Shown here in pieces: positions 1 to 7,706 of a DNA stretch of 32,000 nt; position 1 is the first letter of the stretch, and every line of letters begins with the position of its first letter. The notes beneath the pieces were generated by a model. It had not been told where the DNA came from, did not search any database, and was given only the letters and a program-made list of their open reading frames with translations. Source of the stretch: Candidatus Nanoarchaeia archaeon (lineage in GTDB: Archaea; Nanobdellota; Nanobdellia; SCGC-AAA011-G17; JACPNG01); assembly GCA_028714375.1 (NCBI GenBank), contig JAQTMK010000001.1, forward strand, positions 316,835 to 348,834, written 5' to 3'. Made by a program: the position numbers and the translations under genes.

Positions 1-506
1 CTGCATTTATTCCAGAGATGATAGCCCTGGCACTCGCAATTGTTTTAGCTCTGCTAAGAGTCTTCAGAAATAATGTTTACCTTCATAACATAACAGAGCT
101 GTTTATTTATGGAGCTTTGGCAGCAATATTTGCCCCAATGTTAAATATTTTGAGCATGATAATAATATTGATTTTGATTTCTGCTTATGATATGGTTGCA
201 GTCTGGAAAACAAAACACATGATTAAGCTTGCTGAATTTCAGACAAAAACAAAAATGTTTGCAGGCTTGTTTATTCCATACAAAAAAGATAATGCAATTT
301 TGGGCGGAGGAGATATAGGATTTCCATTATTGTTTGCAGCAGTATTGTTCAAGTATTATTCTTACCAGGCATTTTTAATCCCAATATTCTCAGGATTAGC
401 CTTAACTTTATTGTTTATATTTGCTAAAAAGAAAAAGTTCTATCCAGCAATGCCTTTCCTCACTGCCGGATGTTTGATAGGATATTTGTTTATTACTCTG
501 CTTTAG
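1..506 (+). CDS. Presenilin / signal-peptide-peptidase family intramembrane aspartyl protease (5' end cut by window edge)
   Basis: The frame is open from base 3, with no stop before the listed Met at 18. It is a multi-TM protein carrying the three family motifs in order: YD (SAYDMVAV), GxGD (GGGDIGFP) and PAL-like (YPAMPFL). Confidence 0.7.
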   Translation, partial: AFIPEMIALALAIVLALLRVFRNNVYLHNITELFIYGALAAIFAPMLNILSMIIILILISAYDMVAVWKTKHMIKLAEFQTKTKMFAGLFIPYKKDNAILGGGDIGFPLLFAAVLFKYYSYQAFLIPIFSGLALTLLFIFAKKKKFYPAMPFLTAGCLIGYLFITLL

Positions 507-606
507 CTACGTTCTTTATTTTAGCGTTGCAATAACAAACTAATTCGTGAGGAATTTCCTCAGCTGAATAAATTGCTCCGCATTTAGGACATCTAATATC
601 TGCCAT
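493..606 (-). CDS. Small zinc-ribbon protein (37 aa), below ORF-track size cutoff
   Basis: ATG at 606-604 is preceded by GGAGGG (616-611), which overlaps the TAG stop of the upstream signal-peptidase gene. Hand translation is MADIRCPKCGAIYSAEEIPHELVCYCNAKIKNVAKAE, with CxxC...CxC spacing. TAA stop is at 495-493. The tail overlaps the convergent presenilin-like gene by 14 nt. Confidence 0.45.
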   Translation of the reverse strand: MADIRCPKCGAIYSAEEIPHELVCYCNAKIKNVAKAE

Positions 607-615
607 TTTTCCCTC

Positions 616-1074
616 CTAGTACAACACTCCAACTAAAATATATTTAATCTGGTTGAACCTTACTTTGAAAGGGTCTGAAAAAGAATTATTGTCTCCTTTC
701 AATGTAGCGTACCAACCTTCATTATCATAGGATATTTTTTCTATTCTGTGAATAATCATTTCCCCTTCATATTCATAGGCAACAATATCACCGACACTTA
801 ATCCATTCTCATCATTTGGTTTGATTTCAATACCTATTGAATTTTCATCCAAGATAGGATCCATAGAATTTGTATCTTCAAATTGTGCCAAATGGATGTC
901 TTCTAAGTTTACAGTTAATTTGTTTTTAGAAAGTTCCAGATTGCTTATTGTTACTCTGTCAGAAGGTGAGTTAATTTCTTTGGCATTGGCCAGTGGCCAA
1001 CCAATTGAAAGAACTCCAATTGATACAACCACTAAAATAGCCAACACCAGAGGAAATAACGGTTTCATTACCAT
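616..1074 (-). CDS. Type I signal peptidase (S26 family, archaeal/Sec11-like)
   Basis: N-terminal TM anchor, catalytic-Ser box NSMDP, GDIV...IIHRI box with His, and KGDNN box. The true start is possibly the second Met (1068), given a TATA box at 1091-1098. Confidence 0.75.
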   Translation of the reverse strand: MVMKPLFPLVLAILVVVSIGVLSIGWPLANAKEINSPSDRVTISNLELSKNKLTVNLEDIHLAQFEDTNSMDPILDENSIGIEIKPNDENGLSVGDIVAYEYEGEMIIHRIEKISYDNEGWYATLKGDNNSFSDPFKVRFNQIKYILVGVLY

Positions 1075-1090
1075 CGAATAGTATCATTAA

Positions 1091-1098
1091 TTTATAAA
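1091..1098 (-). promoter_or_regulatory. TATA box (TTTATAAA) for the signal peptidase gene
   Basis: Palindromic TTTATAAA lies 17-23 nt upstream of the two candidate ATGs, preceded in minus orientation by a CGAAAGG BRE-like purine stretch. Confidence 0.5.
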
Positions 1099-1120
1099 CC
1101 TTTCGTTTTTGTAACTACTG
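1091..1120 (-). repeat. 30-nt promoter-linked element, copy B (inverted relative to copy A at 4688-4717)
   Basis: The reverse complement CAGTAGTTACAAAAACGAAAGGTTTATAAA matches 4688-4717 (TAGTAGTTACAAAATCGAAAGATTTATAAA) at 27 of 30 positions ungapped by hand alignment. Both copies are adjacent to an ACTAGT hexamer. Confidence 0.7.
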
Positions 1121-1130
1121 ACTAGTAAGA

Positions 1131-1138
1131 TTTATAAA
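1131..1138 (+). promoter_or_regulatory. TATA box facing the 1265-2352 orphan genes
   Basis: AAGA-TTTATAAA matches the BRE/TATA pattern recurring in this window. It is divergent from the 1091 box, across the ACTAGT hexamer. Confidence 0.4.
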
Positions 1139-1264
1139 CAACTAACCACACAGTTTTCTTGAAACAAATAAGGATTTTCCATAAAACTAGCTTGCTGTAG
1201 GCTGGAAAACCAATTCTAAAATTTATTTTAGTTAATCAAAAAACTAAACTGAAAATTAGAATGA

Positions 1265-1876
1265 ATGGAAAACCCAAAATTTCTGAAAAGGAGAAAAGAG
1301 ATGAGCACGAATCAAAAACTTATTGTGAGATGGTCAATTTTGACTGCGGGTCTGATTGCTTTATTCTGGGCAGTCTGGTATCTCATTAATGGATCTGTTC
1401 CAGTCGTTAATGAGATAAAAATGACCAAAAATTGGACCTATGTCCTCCCCTTTGGTATTTCCCGTTGGTGGGACATACTAATTGGACCAATCTGGTCAAC
1501 AATCTTGATACTTATCCTGACAAACAAAAGAATAAAAGAAGAAGATAAAAATGATTTCAATAAAGACTTGTTTGCCGGATTGAGTTCAGGAGCTGTGTTA
1601 AGTTTGGTCTTTAGTGGGATAATGAGCAATTTCCATTTTTACTTTCTTCCATTAATATCCGTTGGTTTAGTTTTTGGTATATTATGGGGTTTGAGTGAAT
1701 GCAATTTTGGATTAGGTCTAGGCTCTGTTCTTGGTGTTTTCCTAACACTCAGTCTAGCCTCCGGGATTAAAGTCAATCTGCTTCTCTGCTCGGTTTTTCT
1801 TGCTCTGATGTTATTATTTAAGACCTTTGTAAGACTATGGAGATGGCTATCAGCTGAAGACTACGGAGATATCTAA
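1265..1876 (+). CDS. Hypothetical polytopic membrane protein
   Basis: 203-aa ORF with about 5-6 hydrophobic segments and no recognised motif. The start could be the internal Met at MSTNQ. GC-ending codons are more frequent by eye than in neighbouring core genes. Confidence 0.55.
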   Translation: MENPKFLKRRKEMSTNQKLIVRWSILTAGLIALFWAVWYLINGSVPVVNEIKMTKNWTYVLPFGISRWWDILIGPIWSTILILILTNKRIKEEDKNDFNKDLFAGLSSGAVLSLVFSGIMSNFHFYFLPLISVGLVFGILWGLSECNFGLGLGSVLGVFLTLSLASGIKVNLLLCSVFLALMLLFKTFVRLWRWLSAEDYGDI

Positions 1877-1974
1877 CAGCCCAATAAGACCAAGAAATTT
1901 AACCAAGCTTTCAACGACTTGCAATCTAAAATGAAAGCTGCGGGAATTTTTTAACTAACAAAGGAGTTAAGCTT

Positions 1975-2352
1975 ATGGGCATTGATCTTACATTACATAT
2001 CTTGCCCCACCAAGATTTAAGGGAGGGGGGTTTTTCGAGGGGAGCATTCAAACTCGACAGGGATTATACCCTATTTGTTAAGCTAGGATTAACCGAGGAT
2101 TATTTAGAAGATGAAGATAACCCCGCCAAAAAAGAAATCTTTACCCAAGAAATTCCGATTGGATCTTCTATCTTAAGTTGGAATTGTGAAGAGAACCTTA
2201 CAGAAGATTCATATGGGCGAATTCACATTTGTGAAGCCAAGGAATTCAAGAAAATGAAATTGGCTGATGACACCTCCGCCTGGAATCGCAACATTATTGA
2301 ATTCATAAATAAGTTGCCAGAAAATCACATAATTGTTTTCCTGTGGAGTTGA
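1975..2352 (+). CDS. Hypothetical protein (orphan, 125 aa)
   Basis: ATG is preceded by AAAGGAG at a spacing of about 8 nt. No recognisable domain. Codon usage is atypical by eye (CCC, GGG, ACC, GAC). A hairpin/T-run terminator follows. Confidence 0.55.
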   Translation: MGIDLTLHILPHQDLREGGFSRGAFKLDRDYTLFVKLGLTEDYLEDEDNPAKKEIFTQEIPIGSSILSWNCEENLTEDSYGRIHICEAKEFKKMKLADDTSAWNRNIIEFINKLPENHIIVFLWS

Positions 2353-2374
2353 CCTTCCTAACGAAATTAAATTT

Positions 2375-2405
2375 AAGAAGATCTAATAAAAAGATCTTCT
2401 TTTTT
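2375..2405 (+). terminator. Hairpin plus T-run terminator
   Basis: AAGAAGATCT (2375-2384) pairs perfectly with AGATCTTCTT (2392-2401) across a 7-nt loop, and runs into TTTTTT. Confidence 0.55.
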
Positions 2406-2449
2406 CTCCTCTAAGTATATATAAGTATAATAACCTTCCAACCAAAACA

Positions 2450-2457
2450 TTTATAAA
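2450..2457 (+). promoter_or_regulatory. TATA box upstream of EF-2
   Basis: AAAACA-TTTATAAA lies 50 nt upstream of the ATG at 2508. AAGGTG Shine-Dalgarno is at 2494-2499. Confidence 0.5.
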
Positions 2458-2507
2458 ATAAGTAAAAACAAAACCTCTTATTAAACAACTAATAAGGTGT
2501 AAATTAA

Positions 2508-4679
2508 ATGGTAGATAATGCAGTTGAAAAGGTAAGAAAACTTTCAAGAGAACCTAAACAAATTAGGAATATAGCAATTTGTGCTCATATTGATCACGGA
2601 AAAACAACTTTCTCAGATAATCTTTTGGCAGGAGCTGGAATGATGTCTGAAGAATTGGCAGGAAGACAGTTAGCTTTGGACTTCCATGCAGATGAGCAGG
2701 AAAGGGGAATTACTATCGATGCTGCCTCTGTTTCTATGGTTCACGAAAACAAAGGTGAAGAATATTTAATTAATTTGATTGACACTCCTGGACACGTTGA
2801 TTTCGGTGGAGATGTTACAAGAGCAATGAGAGCTGTAGATGGTGCTATAGTTTTGGTTGATGCTGTTGAAGGTATGATGCCTCAGACCGAGACAGTTCTA
2901 AAACAAGCTTTAAGAGAAAGAGTAAAACCAGTTCTTTTCATAAACAAAGTTGATAGATTAATCAAGGAAGTTAAATTAACTCCAGAGCAGATGTCTGAAA
3001 GATTTATAAGAATTATAACTGATGTTAACAGGTTTATCCAAAGCATTGCACCAGAAGAATTCAAAGATAAATGGATTGCAAATGTTCAGGCAGGGGCTGT
3101 AGCTTTTGGATCAGCATTCCATAAATGGGCATTGAGTTTCCCATACATGAAAGATAATAATATCAGCTTCAAGGATATTATAACTGCCTATGAATCTGGA
3201 GAAGAAGAATATAAAAAATTATCAAAAAAAGCTCCACTTCATAAGATTGTTTTAGGTATGGTAGTTACTCATCACCCAAATCCAGTTGAAGCTCAGAAAT
3301 ACAGAATTCCAAAAATCTGGCACGGTGATCCAGAAAGCGAAGAAGGAAAAGCATTAATTCACTGTGATCCAAACGGACCAGTTGCTTTTGTTGTAACCAA
3401 GATTGTTATTGATAAGCATGCTGGAGAAGTTGCTTCAGGAAGATTATTCTCAGGTACTGTTAAACAGGGAGATATCCTTTATATGAATGGTGCTAAAAAA
3501 GAAGTAAGAGTTCAGCAGGTTAACATTTACAAAGGTGCTCAGAGAATTCAGGTAGAAGATAGTCCAGCTGGAAACATCATTGGTCTTGTAGGACTTAAAA
3601 ACACATTCTCAGGAGAAACAATTTCAACAAATAAAATAGAACCTTTTGAAGCTATCAAACATATTTTCGAGCCTGTAATTACAAAATCAATTGAACCTGT
3701 CAGTGCTGCTGATTTGGCTAAACTAGTAGAAGTTTTAAAACAGGTTAACAAAGAAGACCCAACAATTCATGTTAAAATAAATGAAGAGACAGGAGAAAAT
3801 TTGATTTCAGGAATGGGAGAACTTCATTTAGAAGTTATAGAAAACAGAATCAAAACAGAAAAAGGACTGCAGGTTAAAACCTCCCCACCAATTGTTGTTT
3901 ATAGGGAAACTATCCAGGCTAAATCACAGGAAGCAGAGGGTAAGTCTCCAAACAAGCATAACAAATTCTACTTTACAGTTGAACCTCTGGAAGATAATTT
4001 ATACCAGGCAATAAAGGCCGGAGAAATTTCAGAAGGTAGATTCAAGAAATCTGATATGGAAACTTTCAAGAAATTGGAAGAATTAGGAATTCCAATGAAG
4101 GAAGCTAAGTCAATAAGAGATGTTTACAACGGTAATATGTTGGTGGATAATACAAGAGGTGTTGTTCATATTGGTGAAGTTATAGAATTAATCATAGACG
4201 GATTTGAACAGGTAATGGATGCAGGTGTTTTGGCAAGAGAACCAGGAATGAAGATGCTCGTAAGAATACAGGATTTAAAACTTCACGAAGATGCTATCCA
4301 CAGAGGTCCATCACAGGTATTGCCTGCTGTAAGAGATGGTATCAGGGAAGCAATATTGACTGGAAAACCAGCAATATTTGAGCCATTGCAGGTCTTGCAG
4401 ATTGATGCTCCCTCACAATATTTAGGAGAAGTTTCTAAGTTAGTTCAGAATAAGAGAGGTCAGCTGATAGATGTTCATCAGGAAGGTATTGCTATGACTG
4501 TAAAAGCAAAGCTTCCAGTAGCTGAAATGTTTGGAATTAGTTCTGAGTTAAGATCAGGTACTGGTGGAAGAGGTAATTACTTTGTTGTAGACCAGGTATT
4601 TGACAAACTTCCAGAAGTTCTTCAGAGTAAAGTAATAACTCAAATCAGAAACAGGAAAGGGTTGACTGAGAATCAGTAA
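2508..4679 (+). CDS. fusA: Translation elongation factor 2 (aEF-2)
   Basis: 723 aa. GTPase motifs AHIDHGKTT, DTPGH and NKVD. The diphthamide-site motif HEDAIHRGPSQV is conserved, and the overall domain order is typical of aEF-2. Confidence 0.97.
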   Translation: MVDNAVEKVRKLSREPKQIRNIAICAHIDHGKTTFSDNLLAGAGMMSEELAGRQLALDFHADEQERGITIDAASVSMVHENKGEEYLINLIDTPGHVDFGGDVTRAMRAVDGAIVLVDAVEGMMPQTETVLKQALRERVKPVLFINKVDRLIKEVKLTPEQMSERFIRIITDVNRFIQSIAPEEFKDKWIANVQAGAVAFGSAFHKWALSFPYMKDNNISFKDIITAYESGEEEYKKLSKKAPLHKIVLGMVVTHHPNPVEAQKYRIPKIWHGDPESEEGKALIHCDPNGPVAFVVTKIVIDKHAGEVASGRLFSGTVKQGDILYMNGAKKEVRVQQVNIYKGAQRIQVEDSPAGNIIGLVGLKNTFSGETISTNKIEPFEAIKHIFEPVITKSIEPVSAADLAKLVEVLKQVNKEDPTIHVKINEETGENLISGMGELHLEVIENRIKTEKGLQVKTSPPIVVYRETIQAKSQEAEGKSPNKHNKFYFTVEPLEDNLYQAIKAGEISEGRFKKSDMETFKKLEELGIPMKEAKSIRDVYNGNMLVDNTRGVVHIGEVIELIIDGFEQVMDAGVLAREPGMKMLVRIQDLKLHEDAIHRGPSQVLPAVRDGIREAILTGKPAIFEPLQVLQIDAPSQYLGEVSKLVQNKRGQLIDVHQEGIAMTVKAKLPVAEMFGISSELRSGTGGRGNYFVVDQVFDKLPEVLQSKVITQIRNRKGLTENQ

Positions 4680-4687
4680 TTATTAAC

Positions 4688-4717
4688 TAGTAGTTACAAA
4701 ATCGAAAGATTTATAAA
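4688..4717 (+). repeat. 30-nt promoter-linked element, copy A
   Basis: TAGTAGTTACAAAATCGAAAGATTTATAAA matches the reverse complement of 1091-1120 at 27/30 positions. It is preceded by ACTAGT (4686-4691). Confidence 0.7.
4710..4717 (+). promoter_or_regulatory. TATA box for the acidic orphan gene
   Basis: CGAAAGA-TTTATAAA starts 31 nt after the EF-2 stop codon. The implied leader is about 120-130 nt. Confidence 0.5.
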
Positions 4718-4855
4718 TTTTGGACTTTTCTAATTTAAGTATTAAATTAACAATACTTCCTGTATTGGAGCTGGAGCAAAAAGCTCTTTTATTTCTCTTA
4801 GTTTTAAGATCAAGGTGATTTCTAAAACCGAGGGAAAAACAGGAAGACCTTATTC

Positions 4856-5530
4856 TTGGAGGAAGAAATGTGTAATAAGGGTAGTGACCAACTAAACGAG
4901 AAGAGATCTGATAATCGCAAAAAGGCTATGAAAGAATTTTTGCTTAAAAAAGAGAATCAAGCACCCAAAATGGTCTCTTCAGAAGAGATACTTGATGATC
5001 TGGATGAAACACCCGCTGATACGGATCTAGAGGAGTTTGAGGAAGAATTTTTAACTGGAGTGGTAATGCTTGAAAAAGGTATTACAGATTATCAACAAGC
5101 CCATAGAATTGCAGTAGAAGAAATCATGGAAGACACAGACCCAAAAGAAGCAATACATCATAAGGCAGACTCAGTAAAGAATGTATTCAGCAAAACCCCT
5201 GGAGAAGAAGAAATTCAAAAAGAACTGCTTAATGATTATAAAGATAGGACCGCCGAAGTTATCGAAGAAGAGAACCGATTTGATGATTTTGATGACTCCT
5301 CATTAGATATGGATCCAATCTGTGAGGTCTCAATCGCACTATCTCAGGTTAGAAAATCTTATCCAAATCTTACGGAGAGGGAACTTTTAAATAAAGCAAT
5401 CGAATTTGATTTGATAACTCTAAATACCATCAGGGAAGCCAAAAATTATCTTCAAGAGCTTGCTCCAAGAGACCGGTCATCAAAACAACTCTTAGAGGAG
5501 TTGGATAGTGTCTCTTTGCTAGTCAACTAA
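4856..5530 (+). CDS. Hypothetical strongly acidic protein (orphan)
   Basis: 224-aa ORF rich in D/E with no recognised motif. The track start is TTG at 4856. The ATG at 4868 has GGAGG 5 nt upstream and is the more likely start. A hairpin/T-run terminator follows. Confidence 0.6.
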   Translation: MEEEMCNKGSDQLNEKRSDNRKKAMKEFLLKKENQAPKMVSSEEILDDLDETPADTDLEEFEEEFLTGVVMLEKGITDYQQAHRIAVEEIMEDTDPKEAIHHKADSVKNVFSKTPGEEEIQKELLNDYKDRTAEVIEEENRFDDFDDSSLDMDPICEVSIALSQVRKSYPNLTERELLNKAIEFDLITLNTIREAKNYLQELAPRDRSSKQLLEELDSVSLLVN

Positions 5531-5559
5531 CTAGAATATTGTCAGAGAAATGTGTCTAT

Positions 5560-5586
5560 AGCTGGACTAATCATCCAGCTTTTTTT
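5560..5586 (+). terminator. Hairpin plus T-run terminator
   Basis: AGCTGGA (5560-5566) pairs with TCCAGCT (5574-5580) across a 7-nt loop, followed by TTTTTT (5581-5586). Confidence 0.55.
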
Positions 5587-5650
5587 AAATTAATAAGTAT
5601 ATATATCTAAAGACATTAACAGTTAAATAACCATTAATAAAAAGAAAACC

Positions 5651-5658
5651 TTTATATA
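5651..5658 (+). promoter_or_regulatory. TATA-like box upstream of EF-1alpha
   Basis: AAAACC-TTTATATA. GGAGG Shine-Dalgarno at 5716-5720 lies 10 nt before the ATG at 5731. Confidence 0.45.
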
Positions 5659-5730
5659 GTAGAATTTTCCCTCTGAGATAATAAAATACTCTTATATTTG
5701 ATTATAGAGGTTTAAGGAGGATTTGGTAAG

Positions 5731-7011
5731 ATGGCAAAACAAAAACCACACATAAACATTGTATTTGTAGGTCACGTAGACCACGGAAAATCAACTACAG
5801 TAGGTAGATTGATGTATGACTCAGGTAATATTGATGAACAGGCAATGAGAAAACTTAGGGAAAAAGCCGAAGAATTGGGTAAAAAAGGATTCGAATTTGC
5901 TTTCGTTATGGATAACTTAAAAGAAGAAAGGGAAAGAGGAGTTACCATAGATTTATCACACAAGAAATTTATAACAAATAAGTACGAGTACACAGTTATT
6001 GATGCTCCAGGACACAAAGATTTTATTAAAAACATGATTACAGGAGCTTCACAGGCGGATGTTGCATTCTTAGTTGTAGCAGCTAAAGAAGGAATCATGG
6101 CTCAGACAAAAGAGCACGCATGGTTATGTAAAACTTTAGGTGTTGGACAAATTGGTATTTTGGTTAACAAAATCGATACTGTTGACTACAAGGAAGATGC
6201 TTTCAACAAAGTAAAGACCGAAGTACTTCACTTATTGAAAACAGCTGGTTTCAAACCAGATACAGTTCCAGTAATTCCAATCAGTGCTTTACAGGGAGAC
6301 AATGTTTTCAAAAAATCAACTAAAATGCCTTGGTACACAGGACCAACATTGGCTGAACAGTTAGATCTATTCAAAGAACCAGAAAAGCCAACAAACTTAC
6401 CACTAAGACTTCCAATTCAGGATGTATTTAACATAACTGGTATTGGAGTTGTTCCAGTTGGTAAAGTTGAAACCGGAATTATGAAAGTAGGTGACAAAAT
6501 TATAGTAGTGCCTGCTAGGGAAGGAAATGGAGTTCAGGGAGAAGTTAAGACAATTGAAATGCATCACGAGCAAGTTCAGGAAGCAATCCCTGGTGATAAC
6601 GTAGGATTTAGTGTTAGAGGTATTGGTAAAAAGGACATTGCAAGAGGAGATGTATTGGGACACATAACTAACCCACCTACAGTTGTAAGTGAATTTACAG
6701 CACAGATTGTTGTATTAAACCACCCAACTGTTTTGACAAAAGGTTACACACCTGTATTCCACATACACACAGCTCAGGTAGCATGTCAGTTTATTGAAAT
6801 ACAGAAAAAACTAAATCCAGCTACAGGTGAAGTTTTAGAAGAAAACCCAGACTTCATTAAAACTGGAGACGCAGCAATAGTTAAACTTAAACCAACAAAA
6901 CCATTGGTTATTGAAAGACAAAAAGATATCCCACATATGGCAAGATTTGCTATAAGGGATGCTGGTTTGACAGTAGCTGCTGGAATTTGTTTAGACGTAG
7001 TAAAGAAGTAA
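5731..7011 (+). CDS. tuf: Translation elongation factor 1-alpha (aEF-1alpha / EF-Tu homolog)
   Basis: 426 aa. GTPase motifs [14 protein letters not shown] and NKID, with typical domain II/III conservation. Confidence 0.97.
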   Translation: MAKQKPHINIVFVGHVDHGKSTTVGRLMYDSGNIDEQAMRKLREKAEELGKKGFEFAFVMDNLKEERERGVTIDLSHKKFITNKYEYTVIDAPGHKDFIKNMITGASQADVAFLVVAAKEGIMAQTKEHAWLCKTLGVGQIGILVNKIDTVDYKEDAFNKVKTEVLHLLKTAGFKPDTVPVIPISALQGDNVFKKSTKMPWYTGPTLAEQLDLFKEPEKPTNLPLRLPIQDVFNITGIGVVPVGKVETGIMKVGDKIIVVPAREGNGVQGEVKTIEMHHEQVQEAIPGDNVGFSVRGIGKKDIARGDVLGHITNPPTVVSEFTAQIVVLNHPTVLTKGYTPVFHIHTAQVACQFIEIQKKLNPATGEVLEENPDFIKTGDAAIVKLKPTKPLVIERQKDIPHMARFAIRDAGLTVAAGICLDVVKK

Positions 7012-7040
7012 ATTTACTTCTTCTTTTATTTTATTTTTTT
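7005..7040 (+). terminator. Palindrome over the tuf stop codon followed by a T-rich tract
   Basis: GAAGTAAA/TTTACTTC (7005-7020) is self-complementary and is followed by TTCTTTTATTTTATTTTTTT. Confidence 0.4.
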
Positions 7041-7052
7041 ATAATCGTAATC

Positions 7053-7060
7053 TTTATAAA
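7053..7060 (+). promoter_or_regulatory. TATA box for rps10 (leaderless spacing)
   Basis: TTTATAAA ends 24 nt before the ATG at 7085. No Shine-Dalgarno is present. Confidence 0.5.
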
Positions 7061-7084
7061 CCCCAATTTTATCAAAATCCTAAA

Positions 7085-7387
7085 ATGCAAAAAGCAAGAA
7101 TATTGTTGTCAAGTACAGATGTAGATTCTCTTAATGAGATTTGCAGCTCTATCAAAGAATTGGCTCAGAAAACAAAGATGAACGGACCAATCCCCTTGCC
7201 AACTAAAAAACTAAAAATAACTACAAGAAAAACACCTTGTGGAAATGGTAAGGCAAGTTTTGATCATTTTGAAATGAGAGTTCATAAAAGACTTATTGAT
7301 TTGGGTATTGATGAAAGAGCTTTAAGATTAATTATGAGAGTCCCAATCCCAGAGGGTGTTCAAATTACTATTGATTTGTTAGATTAA
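7085..7387 (+). CDS. rps10: 30S ribosomal protein S10 (uS10)
   Basis: 100 aa. GPIPLPTKKL...TTRKTP...FEMRVHKRLIDL is the conserved uS10 core, and the position after tuf is the canonical archaeal order. Confidence 0.95.
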   Translation: MQKARILLSSTDVDSLNEICSSIKELAQKTKMNGPIPLPTKKLKITTRKTPCGNGKASFDHFEMRVHKRLIDLGIDERALRLIMRVPIPEGVQITIDLLD

Positions 7388-7399
7388 TTCTTAGAAAGA

Positions 7400-7407
7400 T
7401 TTATATA
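7400..7407 (+). promoter_or_regulatory. TATA box for the toxin-antitoxin pair
   Basis: TAGAAAGA-TTTATATA starts 13 nt after the rps10 stop. GTG at 7431 lies 23 nt downstream and ATG at 7440 lies 32 nt downstream. Confidence 0.5.
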
Positions 7408-7430
7408 CTTGTAAGTTATAACTTACTATA

Positions 7431-7706
7431 GTGATTTTTATGGAATACGCGATAGCTAAAGTTAGTACAAAGGGACAGATAGTCATACCTACTTCTCTAA
7501 GAGAAAATATAAATAGTGGAGATGAATTTTTAATGGTAAAGGATGGGGATAGAATTATTCTTAAGAATTTAAAAGGATTAGCTTCAAACCTCAAAGATGA
7601 TCTTGTTTTTGCTGAAAAAGTTGAAAAAGCCTGGCAGGAATATGATAAAGGAAAATTTGAAACTAAATCCAAGGAAGGATTTCTTAAGGAGCTTCGTGCA
7701 TGCTAA
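7431..7706 (+). CDS. AbrB/MazE/SpoVT-family antitoxin
   Basis: The N-terminal VSTKGQIVIPTSLRE is the swapped-hairpin AbrB-type motif. The start is either GTG 7431 or ATG 7440. The stop overlaps the start of the next gene (ATGCTAA, 7700-7706). Confidence 0.8.
   Translation: MIFMEYAIAKVSTKGQIVIPTSLRENINSGDEFLMVKDGDRIILKNLKGLASNLKDDLVFAEKVEKAWQEYDKGKFETKSKEGFLKELRAC

Noticed and set aside
2474-2499. Hairpin CTTATTA/TAATAAG that would sequester the EF-2 Shine-Dalgarno (AAGGTG).
   Set aside because: The transcription start predicted from the TATA box at 2450 falls at about 2480, inside the 5' arm, so the hairpin is probably not present in the mRNA. It is also an AT-only stem.
2882-6663. Antisense ORFs within EF-2 and EF-1alpha: 2882-3064, 3548-3751, 5772-6098 and 6403-6663.
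   Set aside because: They are shadow frames opposite strongly conserved coding sequence, with low-complexity products and no promoter or SD context.
7385-7407. 16-nt identical string TAATTCTTAGAAAGAT followed by a TATA box at both 7385-7407 and 29913-29935.
   Set aside because: About half of it is the general BRE/TATA consensus and the rest is AT-rich. I cannot exclude chance without genome-wide statistics, so it is noted only as a possible shared operator.
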